A program made the translations under genes and the position numbers. A stretch of 64,000 nucleotides of DNA, from NCBI GenBank assembly GCA_041752695.1, contig JBGSVZ010000043.1, positions 1-64,000 of the forward strand, written 5' to 3'. A model generated the notes under the pieces. The model was not told where the DNA came from. It was given only the letters and a program-made list of their open reading frames with translations, and did not search any database. Source of the DNA: Terrimicrobiaceae bacterium (GTDB lineage Bacteria; Verrucomicrobiota; Verrucomicrobiia; Chthoniobacterales; Terrimicrobiaceae). Below are positions 17,835 to 26,699 of this stretch, piece by piece (the stretch's first letter is position 1; the number at the start of each line of letters is the position of its first letter).

Positions 17835-19835
17835 TCAATCCAGCCGCAGATCGCACGTCAGGTCGCCCTTCCTTCCGCCGCGGCAGGCTTTGCCTCCCAG
17901 GTGGGCAGGGGCTGCTTTTGCTTTGCGGAAGGTCACGTCGTTCGCGTCCATTTCGAAGTTCGCGGCGATCCGACCGGTCTCGCGATCCACCAGGGAAATC
18001 CCGAGCGGGAGCTGCACGGGAATGCCGGGATGGAGCGCGGGATAAAGATTGGTGCGGCGATAACGCAGTCCGGCCAGACGGACGGTGTCGGAGGTTTCGC
18101 GCAAGGGGAGCGGACGACCCGCGACGTAAATTTCGTAGCGTTTGGCAAAATCCGCATTGGCGCAGAACTCCAGCCGGTGCATTGAAGTGTCCACGAAGCG
18201 GCTGGTCGAACCGCCTTCCACCGGGGTCTCACAGAGCAGCGGCCAGCTTTCCAGGGCCTTGCGCACGGAAAGGGTTTTCCAGGTTAGCACGGAGGGGAAA
18301 CGCCATTCCCAGATCTGGCGGAAAATCCGGCGGTCCAGTTTAAAGCCGTTGGCTTCCAGATCGGAGAAAATCTCCTCCAGGTCCTCCCACAGGCGTTGCG
18401 GCAGAAAAAATTCGTCGCGCAGACGGGGCGCGATGCGGCCGAGAGGTTTGCGGCAGGGTTTTTCCAGCAGGTGCGCGGCGAGGCAGGTCCAGAGCAGCGC
18501 GATGGCGGACATCCAATCGGCGCGGGGGAGGGATTCGATGGCGCGAAATTCGATGAGCCCGAGCGCCCCGGCCGGCCAGGACGTGTTCCAGAATTTGTCG
18601 AAACTGATTTCACTCCGATGCGCGTTGCCGGTGACGTCGGTCTGCAGGTGACGCAGGGTTTCGTTGATCAGTTCGCGATGGTCTCCGGCGGGCAGCGATT
18701 CGAGGAACGAATAGGCCATCTCGATGTCGTAAAGGTCGCGGGCCGATTCGTCGGGCCGCGGAGCCTGGGAAGAGGCTCCGACGTAACAACCCGTGAACAA
18801 ATAGGCGAGGGCCGGGTGCTGTTGCCAATACCGCAGCACCGAGGCCAGCCAGCCGGGCCGGGTGAAAAACGGATGCGACTCCAAGTTCGGTCCGCCCCAG
18901 ATGAGGTGATTGCCTCCGCCGGAACCTTGCGGGGGTTCGCCGGGAGTTTCTTTCCACGAACGCAATCCGGTGCCTTCGCAGGCGGTGGTGACGGCGTCGA
19001 GCCACTCGGCGTAGTCGCGCCAGCTGGTGCAGGCGGGGAGATTGATTTCCAGCACCCCGGGATCGGCGGCGAGGCCGAGGATGGTCCAGCGATTGCCCTC
19101 ATCGGGAGCGATGTACCCCTGCAGGTCGATGTGGGCGAGGGCGAGCTTTTTGCCGGCTTTCTCGACCGCGGAGAGAAGCTCCAGAAACGGCTTTTGCAGA
19201 AGCGGCGGGAAAAAAATGGCGATGGTGTCCCCGGTGCGCTCGAGGGTGAGCGCGCGGCGCGGCAGGCCGGGTGGAAGGAGGTGCAGAGGAAGGCGCAGGC
19301 CGGCGGGACCTTCCGCTTCGGAAAGTTTGCGCGCCTTTTTTTCCAGCGGCCAACGGGCCGAGCGCCAGATGCCCCCATCGTGGTCAAGCGGCGTGGCGAG
19401 TGTTTCGCTGCTCGGGTTCAGCGGATTTTCCAGGGCGAGCCAGTGGGACGGGACGCCGAGATTTTTGCTGATGGCGTCGGCCAGATGTTGCAGGGCTTGC
19501 GAACCCGGGGCGCGTCCGCGGGGCGGGAGAAAGAGGGGCGTGCCGTCGCGATTGGCGATGAGTTTCACCACCCAGCGCGGATTAACCTCGCCGGGGTAGG
19601 ATTTGCCCGGACAGAAAAATGCGGCGGCTCCGGCCAGGCGGCCTTTTTGCAGGGCGGCCGCGACTTTCCACGCGTAGGCGAGCTTGGTGGGCCCGACGGC
19701 GGAATAGCTCCACTCCGCGCCTTCCGGATGCACCGGCACGTACGTGGGCTCGCCTCCGAGGGTGAGCTTGACGCCGTTTTTGCCGAAGGTTTCCTCCGCA
19801 CGGGCGCAGGCTTTATCCATCCAGGGTGAGATCAT
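17835..19835 (-). CDS. DUF2126 putative amidoligase (COOH-NH2 ligase), stand-alone
   Basis: LTLGGEPTYV, YPGEVNPRW, DPGVLEINLP, GGGNH, GASSQAPRPDE, DVTGNAHRSEISFDK and LGLIEFRA motifs. Confidence 0.88.
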   Translation of the reverse strand: MISPWMDKACARAEETFGKNGVKLTLGGEPTYVPVHPEGAEWSYSAVGPTKLAYAWKVAAALQKGRLAGAAAFFCPGKSYPGEVNPRWVVKLIANRDGTPLFLPPRGRAPGSQALQHLADAISKNLGVPSHWLALENPLNPSSETLATPLDHDGGIWRSARWPLEKKARKLSEAEGPAGLRLPLHLLPPGLPRRALTLERTGDTIAIFFPPLLQKPFLELLSAVEKAGKKLALAHIDLQGYIAPDEGNRWTILGLAADPGVLEINLPACTSWRDYAEWLDAVTTACEGTGLRSWKETPGEPPQGSGGGNHLIWGGPNLESHPFFTRPGWLASVLRYWQQHPALAYLFTGCYVGASSQAPRPDESARDLYDIEMAYSFLESLPAGDHRELINETLRHLQTDVTGNAHRSEISFDKFWNTSWPAGALGLIEFRAIESLPRADWMSAIALLWTCLAAHLLEKPCRKPLGRIAPRLRDEFFLPQRLWEDLEEIFSDLEANGFKLDRRIFRQIWEWRFPSVLTWKTLSVRKALESWPLLCETPVEGGSTSRFVDTSMHRLEFCANADFAKRYEIYVAGRPLPLRETSDTVRLAGLRYRRTNLYPALHPGIPVQLPLGISLVDRETGRIAANFEMDANDVTFRKAKAAPAHLGGKACRGGRKGDLTCDLRLD

Positions 19836-20689
19836 TTCTTGTGTTCCAAAATCGATAGCGTGGTTTCCAGGGTGCTGGCGATGGTCTTTTTTCCGTAATA
19901 GTGGCCCGAAATCGGGGAGATGTCTGCCGGGGTGAGACCAATGGCGGTGGGCAAAAAATGGTGGTCGCAGAAAACGCCATTCGTGGGGTCCATTCCGACC
20001 CAGCCTGCGACCGGCAAATAACCCTCCACCCAGGCATGCATGGCGTTATCCGCCCGGCGTTCGTCTTCGGGCACGCCGTCCTCCCACAAAAACCCGCTGA
20101 CCAGGCGCGACGCGATCCCGTGGATCCGCAGAACCTCCGCGAGTACGACCGAAAAATCCCGGCACGAACCTTTCTGTTCGCGCAGCGTTTGTTCGACAGG
20201 CAGGGGGTCGCCTTCCTCGCGGCGTTCGTAGGCGATGTTGGTGTGCAGCCATTGGGTGAGGCCGACAAGCGTTTCGACCGTTGGCCGCGGCAAGCCCTGC
20301 GGCGCGAGGGCGGCGGGGAGGGCGAAATCCGGAGAGCGCCGCATCAGGCTCGGAGTCAGCACTTCCGTTTCCCGCGGCTGATACACAAACGGAAGGTCCA
20401 TCGCGTGCGAATCGAGCAGGAAATGAAAAGGATTGCGGGGGGCGAGGGTGAGATCAAGGGCGAGGTGAAACTCCAGTCGGTCAAAGGGCTCCGGGTAAAA
20501 ACACGTTGCGACCAGGTTGTCGAAAAGATCCTGCCGGTGCTGCACGTCCGCACTGGCGTGGGTGGCAAACTCCGCACGATTGAGCTGCACGGACATGTCC
20601 CGCCGCGGAAACAACCGCGCGATGTGGGGCGAAAAACTGGCCGCCTCCTCGTATTGGTAGATGGCCCGATAACGGATTTCGACATTCAT
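19832..20689 (-). CDS. Transglutaminase-like protein (bacterial N-terminal domain plus core)
   Basis: GSCRDFS, MHAWVEGY and GMDPTN catalytic C/H/D; start MNVEIRY with ATGA overlaps at both ends. Confidence 0.9.
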   Translation of the reverse strand: MNVEIRYRAIYQYEEAASFSPHIARLFPRRDMSVQLNRAEFATHASADVQHRQDLFDNLVATCFYPEPFDRLEFHLALDLTLAPRNPFHFLLDSHAMDLPFVYQPRETEVLTPSLMRRSPDFALPAALAPQGLPRPTVETLVGLTQWLHTNIAYERREEGDPLPVEQTLREQKGSCRDFSVVLAEVLRIHGIASRLVSGFLWEDGVPEDERRADNAMHAWVEGYLPVAGWVGMDPTNGVFCDHHFLPTAIGLTPADISPISGHYYGKKTIASTLETTLSILEHKK

Positions 20690-21564
20690 GATTTCTCCCC
20701 CAGACGTTTCATCGTCACCTTGATTTTCATATTTTGTGCGCCCGATCCCTTGAACGTTCCTCGCAGGGGCGCGGCGTCGCTGAAATCCCGGCCATACGCC
20801 ATGGCCACGTGACGCGGGCCGCACCATTGATTGTTGGTGGGATCGAGCGGGATCCAATGCATTCCCGGCGTCAGCGCCTCGACCCAGGCGTGGGTCGCCG
20901 AGGAGCCCACCAGCGCGCGCACGCCGGGTTTCGGTTTGGGCGGATCGGTCTCGATATACCCGCAGACGTAGCGGGCCGGAATGCCCGCCGTGCGCAGGAC
21001 GCTGAGCATCACGTGGGAAAAATCCTGACAGACCCCCGCCCGTTGTTTCCACACGGTGGCCAGCGGCGTGGCGTTGTCCGTGGCGTTGGTGTCGTAACGA
21101 AACTTTTCGTAGATGTCGCGATTGAGACTTTGCAGGCCTTCTTTCAGCGTGACGTCGCTGGGGAAATATTTTTTCGCCCAGTCGGAGGAAGATCCGCCGG
21201 TCGGCACGGCCGGGGTGGGCTGCAGGTAGTCGAAAATATCGGTGAGCTTCGAGGTAAAAAGCTGCCGGGCCTCCGCGATGGTGACATCGAGAGCCTCCTC
21301 GGGCAGGGGGACGTCCTGCGTTCGCACGGTCAGCTTGTTGGTGATCGCCAGCTTTTCGTGCCGTAGGGTCATCGAATAGAAAGTCACCTGATTGCCGAAA
21401 TAATCGTGATAAGTCGAAACCTGCGTGCCCGGGACAAACTCGATTTCGTGCGAGATGATGGTCTGCCTTTCGTCGCGCGGCGGGGTGAGTCGGGCCTCGA
21501 TGTACGCCTCACTGGCTGGCTGGCCGTAGCGGTAGTCGGTGCGATGGAGGATTTCAAACAACAT
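20686..21564 (-). CDS. Transglutaminase-like protein
   Basis: HRTDYRY N-terminus; GVCQDFSH, THAWVE, LDPTNN and GRDFSDAAPLRG motifs. Confidence 0.92.
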   Translation of the reverse strand: MLFEILHRTDYRYGQPASEAYIEARLTPPRDERQTIISHEIEFVPGTQVSTYHDYFGNQVTFYSMTLRHEKLAITNKLTVRTQDVPLPEEALDVTIAEARQLFTSKLTDIFDYLQPTPAVPTGGSSSDWAKKYFPSDVTLKEGLQSLNRDIYEKFRYDTNATDNATPLATVWKQRAGVCQDFSHVMLSVLRTAGIPARYVCGYIETDPPKPKPGVRALVGSSATHAWVEALTPGMHWIPLDPTNNQWCGPRHVAMAYGRDFSDAAPLRGTFKGSGAQNMKIKVTMKRLGEKS

Positions 21565-24127
21565 GCTTGAGGCCAAAGAGGAGGGGCTGCGATTCCGGGC
21601 GCATGTGGATCTGATGATTCAAAAATCCGTCGGCAATCAGGTGGTGAATATTCAAAGTGGCCTTGAGGAGCCTGGCTCCCTGCTCGTCAAGCGCGTCGCC
21701 TTTTTTCGCGGAGCCGCTGGTGAGCATGTCCCAATCGGTGAGGCGAATTTCATGCACAAGGTGTTCAATGCCGGCCATGGTGCGCTGAGTGGTCGCGGAG
21801 TTTTCGTCCCTCGCATAGCGCAGACGACGCGAACAGGATTGGAGGCACCGTGTGACCGAACGGGGAACAGAGGGATTTTTCCAGAGCAGGTCCAGCATGG
21901 GCGCGGCCTCGATGCGCATCTGATAGACACGCCGATACACATCCCGGCTGTTGAGCAGGCGCAGAAACGCCGAGAGCCGGATCTCTGCCTCATGCTCCGC
22001 CACTTCGCCGCTGCGTCGCGGCATCGGACGCATGATCGAACAGACTGCGTTTGCCGTGATGATGGCCCGCTCGACCGCCTGGCCGATCTCGCAAAAGGCC
22101 CAGCCGCCGTCGGCCACCATCGTGCCTTGCGCCGTTCCGAAAAACTCCGGCACCGCCTTCACCGCATGATCGCAATACCGGCGGGTGAACGCGGTGAGTT
22201 CGTCGTCGGTGGATTTCGGCCGGAACCGCGCCCGTTGAAACCGCGCCCGCAAGGTGCTGAGCACGTTCCATGCTTCCAGACTGAGACATTCCGTAATGGA
22301 TTCCGCATTCCTGGTTGCCCGCAGCACGGCCTGGACGACCGAATCGTATTCCTCCAGATCGAGGGTGAGCCGGTAGCGTCCGGCCGGACTGGAAATGTTT
22401 CGCCGTGACACCTCGCCGGGTTTTTCCAGAGGCGGCAGCATACGGTTCCAGACGGGACGGTAAAGGGTGCGCTCGGTGGGATTAAGTTCCTCAAGTTCGA
22501 GCGACTCGATGACCCCGATCATCACCGCCAGATTATGGGCGCGTTCCAGGTAACGTCCGGTCCAATAAAATGCCTCGGCCACGCGGCTGCTGACATGCTG
22601 CGCGGGCATCAGCGCCTCGCGCAGACGGACCCGATCGGGGGCCGGTTCGACAAAGTCTGGCGCGACTTCGACCCACGTGTCCTTGCTTCCGCCGCCGAGT
22701 TCATTGGCGGTGTAGGGAGCCTCGTCCGTCGAGACCCGGGTGAGCGCCCCGGGAAAAACGTCGTACTCCCCGGCCGCCTTCCGGAGGGCGAAAAAAATGT
22801 GATCCTGCCGGCGTTTCACTTCGCGGCCATCGTGGTACGACACGGTCTCCGCATCACAGTCCTGCGGCTGCGCGACATATTGCGAGGCGTTTTGCAGGAT
22901 GGCGTCACGCGCCGCTGTGAGGGCCTCCTCCGCCGGTTGGCGTCCGTCCCCGCCGAGGAGGATCCGTTCTCCATAAAGCGGACGCACGGTGTATTTTTCC
23001 AGATCCGAAAGCACCATTTCGCGTTGGTCGATGTCTCCCAGCCAGTACGTCGTGAGGCCGCGCAGGAGAGGGTTTTCTCCGAGGTAAAACCGGATGATGG
23101 TATTGGCGAAGGGTAGCAACGCCCGGTCGTCGGCCAGTTGCGAGCCGATGCCATTCACCACCGCCACCGTGCCTTTGCGAATGCAATGCACCAGCCCGGG
23201 GACCCCCAGATACGAGTCGCGCCGGAAGGCGAGGGGATCGAGCCATTCATCCGAGACGCGGCTATAGATCACCTCGACCTTTTCCAGGCCCGACACCGTC
23301 TTCATATACACCGCATCGTTGAGCACGAGCAGGTCGCCGCCCTGCACCAGAGGTATGCCCATGCGTCGAGCGAGAAAACTGTGTTCGGAATACACCGCAC
23401 TGCCCGGTCCCGAGGAAAGCAAGACCACTGTCGGATCGGGGTCGTCAGAAAACGAACGCAGCAGTTCCAGAATATCTACCGTCGCCTCGGCAATCGAGTG
23501 AATCGAAAAATCCTGAAAACTCTGCGGAATCACCCGGGCCAGCGCACGCCGGTTCTGCACCATGTAGGAAATCCCCGAGGCGTTGCTCAGGTAATGGTGT
23601 TTGACCGCAAATTCCCCATTGGGCTGCCGGCAGAGCGCCACCCCGCAAAGATGCAAATACGCCCCATCCGGCGGAGTCAGGCTGGCCGCGGGGCGCTGAT
23701 AAAAAGCACTGCCCAGCACGGGTTGAATGGGCAGCAGGTTGGCCCGCAGGATTTCCTTCTTTCCGTAGATATCCTGCAAAAACATCTCAAAGGCCCGGAG
23801 GCGCTGGGTAATCCCGAGCGTGAGTCTGTCCCATTCCTCGGGCCGGAAAATTTGCGGCAGGAGATCGCAGAACCAAGGTCGCCTCCCCCAGGGTTTGTCG
23901 CGCGAGATATCGAACGTGACCCCCATCTCGCGCATCGTGGCCTCGAGCCTTTCGTCGAGCGCTCGAATCTGCTGGCGGGGCAGGGCCTGGAGTCGCTCGA
24001 AAAGCGGACGGTAAACCGGCCGGATTTCCCCGGATGGCTCGTGCGTCTCGCTCCAATGCGAAAATGGCTTTTTAACTTCATTACCCTGCACGGCGCGAAG
24101 GCTTGGCGTACGGCCCTTGTCGGTCAA
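21554..24127 (-). CDS. Circularly permuted type-2 ATP-grasp ligase fused to alpha-E domain
   Basis: SNASGISY, LDPL, FPGALTRV and GGGSKDTWV, followed by alpha-E motifs YWTGRYLERA and GQAVERA. Confidence 0.9.
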   Translation of the reverse strand: MTDKGRTPSLRAVQGNEVKKPFSHWSETHEPSGEIRPVYRPLFERLQALPRQQIRALDERLEATMREMGVTFDISRDKPWGRRPWFCDLLPQIFRPEEWDRLTLGITQRLRAFEMFLQDIYGKKEILRANLLPIQPVLGSAFYQRPAASLTPPDGAYLHLCGVALCRQPNGEFAVKHHYLSNASGISYMVQNRRALARVIPQSFQDFSIHSIAEATVDILELLRSFSDDPDPTVVLLSSGPGSAVYSEHSFLARRMGIPLVQGGDLLVLNDAVYMKTVSGLEKVEVIYSRVSDEWLDPLAFRRDSYLGVPGLVHCIRKGTVAVVNGIGSQLADDRALLPFANTIIRFYLGENPLLRGLTTYWLGDIDQREMVLSDLEKYTVRPLYGERILLGGDGRQPAEEALTAARDAILQNASQYVAQPQDCDAETVSYHDGREVKRRQDHIFFALRKAAGEYDVFPGALTRVSTDEAPYTANELGGGSKDTWVEVAPDFVEPAPDRVRLREALMPAQHVSSRVAEAFYWTGRYLERAHNLAVMIGVIESLELEELNPTERTLYRPVWNRMLPPLEKPGEVSRRNISSPAGRYRLTLDLEEYDSVVQAVLRATRNAESITECLSLEAWNVLSTLRARFQRARFRPKSTDDELTAFTRRYCDHAVKAVPEFFGTAQGTMVADGGWAFCEIGQAVERAIITANAVCSIMRPMPRRSGEVAEHEAEIRLSAFLRLLNSRDVYRRVYQMRIEAAPMLDLLWKNPSVPRSVTRCLQSCSRRLRYARDENSATTQRTMAGIEHLVHEIRLTDWDMLTSGSAKKGDALDEQGARLLKATLNIHHLIADGFLNHQIHMRPESQPLLFGLKHVV

Positions 24128-24199
24128 GAATTAAACCTCTGCAGCAGTGAATCCCTTGTTCGTGGGGAAGAACGATGCCTCATAGGGCATAGGGGAAAC

Positions 24200-24889
24200 C
24201 TACTCGCTTTTAATGCCGGACTCTTCAAGTGTCTTTTTCAGGAAGAGTCCCCATTCTGCGCCATGAAGTCGTTTGGATTCTTCCAGAATCGCGACGCGAT
24301 TTTCTTCCCGACCCTCCGCTTGCGCCACCGCCGCGTAAGCCGCAGAACCGGCTGCGCCGACCGGAGGCCAGTCGGGGAGATGCTTTTTCGCGGAGTCCAA
24401 GTTCCCTCGCCGGATGTCGAGAAGCACCAGTTTCAGGAGGACAAGTTCCCTTTCCCCCGGGGATTTGGTCGGAACTTTGAGAAAAAGCTCAGAAGCCCGA
24501 TCGAGATCACCGAGCATCAAGGCGCATTCCGCCAAATTAAACTTCGGCCAGAAACTTTCCGGGCTAGCCTCTGCCGCCCATTCAAAGTAAGGCACGGCCT
24601 CTCGCACTCGACCCGTCTCGGTCAGAATGGAGCCCCTTAGATTGAGCAACTCGGGGTGAGAGGCTGAAGTTCCATCCAGATTTTCGAAAAGCTTCAAGCA
24701 TGCGGCAAAATTCCCCATTGCGAACTCAGCGGACGCATTTCTCAACAGGGTTTGTTCTTCGGCGGTCAATTCCCGCGCTAGAGTAGGTGCCCGAAGACCG
24801 GAAGTCGTCTGCTTTCCGCCACTTCCCTGGTCTGGAATGGGGCCGATCACCGTGGCGAGGAAGCACGCCATTCCCACCGAAAAATTCAT
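24200..24889 (-). CDS. Tetratricopeptide-repeat protein
   Basis: TPR-like helices (LLNLRGSILTETGRVREAVPYFEWAA..FNLAECALMLGDLDRASELF). Confidence 0.7.
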   Translation of the reverse strand: MNFSVGMACFLATVIGPIPDQGSGGKQTTSGLRAPTLARELTAEEQTLLRNASAEFAMGNFAACLKLFENLDGTSASHPELLNLRGSILTETGRVREAVPYFEWAAEASPESFWPKFNLAECALMLGDLDRASELFLKVPTKSPGERELVLLKLVLLDIRRGNLDSAKKHLPDWPPVGAAGSAAYAAVAQAEGREENRVAILEESKRLHGAEWGLFLKKTLEESGIKSE

Positions 24890-24929
24890 AATTTGTTGAG
24901 CTGTCTAGAAGGTGGTGTTTTCACTCCAC

Positions 24930-24972
24930 AAAAAAGCTCCCCATAGCCGCAAGGCCCAAGGGAGCTTCTTTT
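24930..24972 (-). terminator. Intrinsic terminator after the PEP-CTERM gene pair
   Basis: Stem AAGCTCCC/GGGAGCTT with an inner GCC/GGC helix, followed by a T run on the minus strand. Confidence 0.65.
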
Positions 24973-24993
24973 CGACAGAAACTTGCCGACGTT

Positions 24994-25623
24994 TCAGTTG
25001 AAGCGCCGCCGCCGGAACAGGAGCGTCGTGAGGCCTGCTCCCAGGAGGAGGCACGTGGAGGGCTCGGGGACGACCGTAAACGTTGCGGTAGGACTATTGC
25101 TGGTGAATCCGAAGATGTTCCCGGCGGTGTTCGTGCCGTTGGTATAGGACTCGGTGTAGATATTGAGGGTGTAGGTGCCCGGGGACAAGCCACTCAAAAG
25201 ATTGATCCCTGCGTTGTTGATCGTCCAGGTATTGTTGCCAGACCCAGGGTTGGTGTTGTCTTGGATCTGATTAAAAGACCCACTGGGTGAACCCGTCGGA
25301 TAGATGCGCCAAAACAAGTTTCCGAAAGTAACGTCCGAACCGTTATTTTCGAAGGTCTTGTACTCGAACCCGTTCAGGGTGAACGTGTCGGTCGTTTGGA
25401 ATGTTCCCAGCGTTGTGAAAGTCGGATTGATTCCGTCTGAGGTTAAATTGTGGCCTTGTGCAGCACCGGATCCGGGTGATGTTCCCGTCGTGGCCTGGTA
25501 AAAGGTGTTGCCTGATCCCGTGTTGATGATGACGTAGAGTCCGTCGAAAAAACCCGTGGCGGCTTGGGAGGTTAGCGATCCTGCGATAGCCAATAGGGCT
25601 GTTGCAATTATATGCTTTTTCAT
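24994..25623 (-). CDS. PEP-CTERM surface protein
   Basis: Signal peptide MKKHII..SQA, Thr/Asn/Gly-rich beta domain, VPEP-TM-RRRR. Confidence 0.9.
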   Translation of the reverse strand: MKKHIIATALLAIAGSLTSQAATGFFDGLYVIINTGSGNTFYQATTGTSPGSGAAQGHNLTSDGINPTFTTLGTFQTTDTFTLNGFEYKTFENNGSDVTFGNLFWRIYPTGSPSGSFNQIQDNTNPGSGNNTWTINNAGINLLSGLSPGTYTLNIYTESYTNGTNTAGNIFGFTSNSPTATFTVVPEPSTCLLLGAGLTTLLFRRRRFN

Positions 25624-25652
25624 ACTTATTCTTGGGGTGTGGTTTGTCGTTC

Positions 25653-26447
25653 CTAACAATGAAGAGTTGCTCGCTGTTCGCGTCGTTTGGAAAGTCTCAT
25701 CAGGATAACTCCCAGGGCCAGCAGCCCTAGGCTCGAAGGCTCAGGCACGACGCTCAGGTTGTTGACGTAGAGATTGTTCTGATCCAAACCTGAGTCTGTT
25801 CCGGCGACGTAGAAGCCAAAGCCGGTGATGTTTTCCGTCAGACCACTAACCGTTCCGCTAAAGAGGGTGCCCTGGAAGCCCTGGCTGGACGTGCGGCTGA
25901 TGTCGTAGGAAAATTGCGTCGCGGAGAGGATGGAAATCGTCACGTCAAGCACCGCGTCGCTGCCTCCGTAGTTGTATCCCGCTCCCGCACCCGGAGTGAG
26001 GGTGGCATTGGCCGATCCGACCGACGCGCCTCCGCCGACGTTGAAGTTGAAAACCTGACCTTGCGAGCCCGCGAACAGATCGAAACCTTTGTTTCCATTG
26101 TCGAAATTAAGGGCCATTTCGAAGGTGAAGGTGCTGCCTGAAGAAAGTGAGACGTCGAAGGCCCGGCTGGCGTTGACCGCAGCGGCGGCGGGGTTGGCAT
26201 AGAGCCCAAGGGAAACTCCCGAAGTATTGATGTTGCCCGCTCCGGCGGTCGAATCCCCGACAAACGTCCCCGCGAAGATCGTCACCCCATTATTATTGTT
26301 GGTGATTGCCCACGGAAGGAACCCCGTGCCGGGGTCATCGCCGTTGCTCCACGAGCCGCCGTAATTCGCGGCGTTGTCCGAGGCAAGTTGGGCCTGGGCG
26401 GAAACGGCTAGAGCGGAGGCAAGGCCGATGAGGAGAAGTCTTTTCAT
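25653..26447 (-). CDS. PEP-CTERM surface protein
   Basis: Signal peptide MKRLLL..AQA and VPEP-TM-KRR. Confidence 0.9.
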   Translation of the reverse strand: MKRLLLIGLASALAVSAQAQLASDNAANYGGSWSNGDDPGTGFLPWAITNNNNGVTIFAGTFVGDSTAGAGNINTSGVSLGLYANPAAAAVNASRAFDVSLSSGSTFTFEMALNFDNGNKGFDLFAGSQGQVFNFNVGGGASVGSANATLTPGAGAGYNYGGSDAVLDVTISILSATQFSYDISRTSSQGFQGTLFSGTVSGLTENITGFGFYVAGTDSGLDQNNLYVNNLSVVPEPSSLGLLALGVILMRLSKRREQRATLHC

Positions 26448-26522
26448 GGGGAGCGGAATGAGGGGGGTCTTTGCGCAGCGTTGGTATGGCACCACGGGAA
26501 TTTTCTGTCAATCACCCACGGG

Positions 26523-26534
26523 ATGCAACCGGTT
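26523..26534. promoter_or_regulatory. Candidate LacI-family operator ATGCAACCGGTT
   Basis: Palindromic AACCGGTT core in a divergent intergenic region; the identical 12-mer recurs inverted at 31988-31999. Confidence 0.55.
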
Positions 26535-26699
26535 CGCGGTGCGAAGGAAGAATGTCCTGCGAGCCCGACGAAATGGACTCTTGAACTATTCAATAATCTT
26601 CCCGGGCCGACCTGGGTCGTGGCGATTGACGGTCGGGGCTGAAGTCGGGATAGTGCGAGCAGTGATCCGGCAAGGCCTGTCGGTTCCCATGTATTGACC

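Noticed and set aside
19832..21052. 406-aa version of the transglutaminase, and similar N-terminal extensions at 12530, 40248, 53252 and 56196
   Set aside because: The extensions overlap neighbouring genes or precede the family N-terminus; internal ATGs, several with stop/start coupling, fit better.
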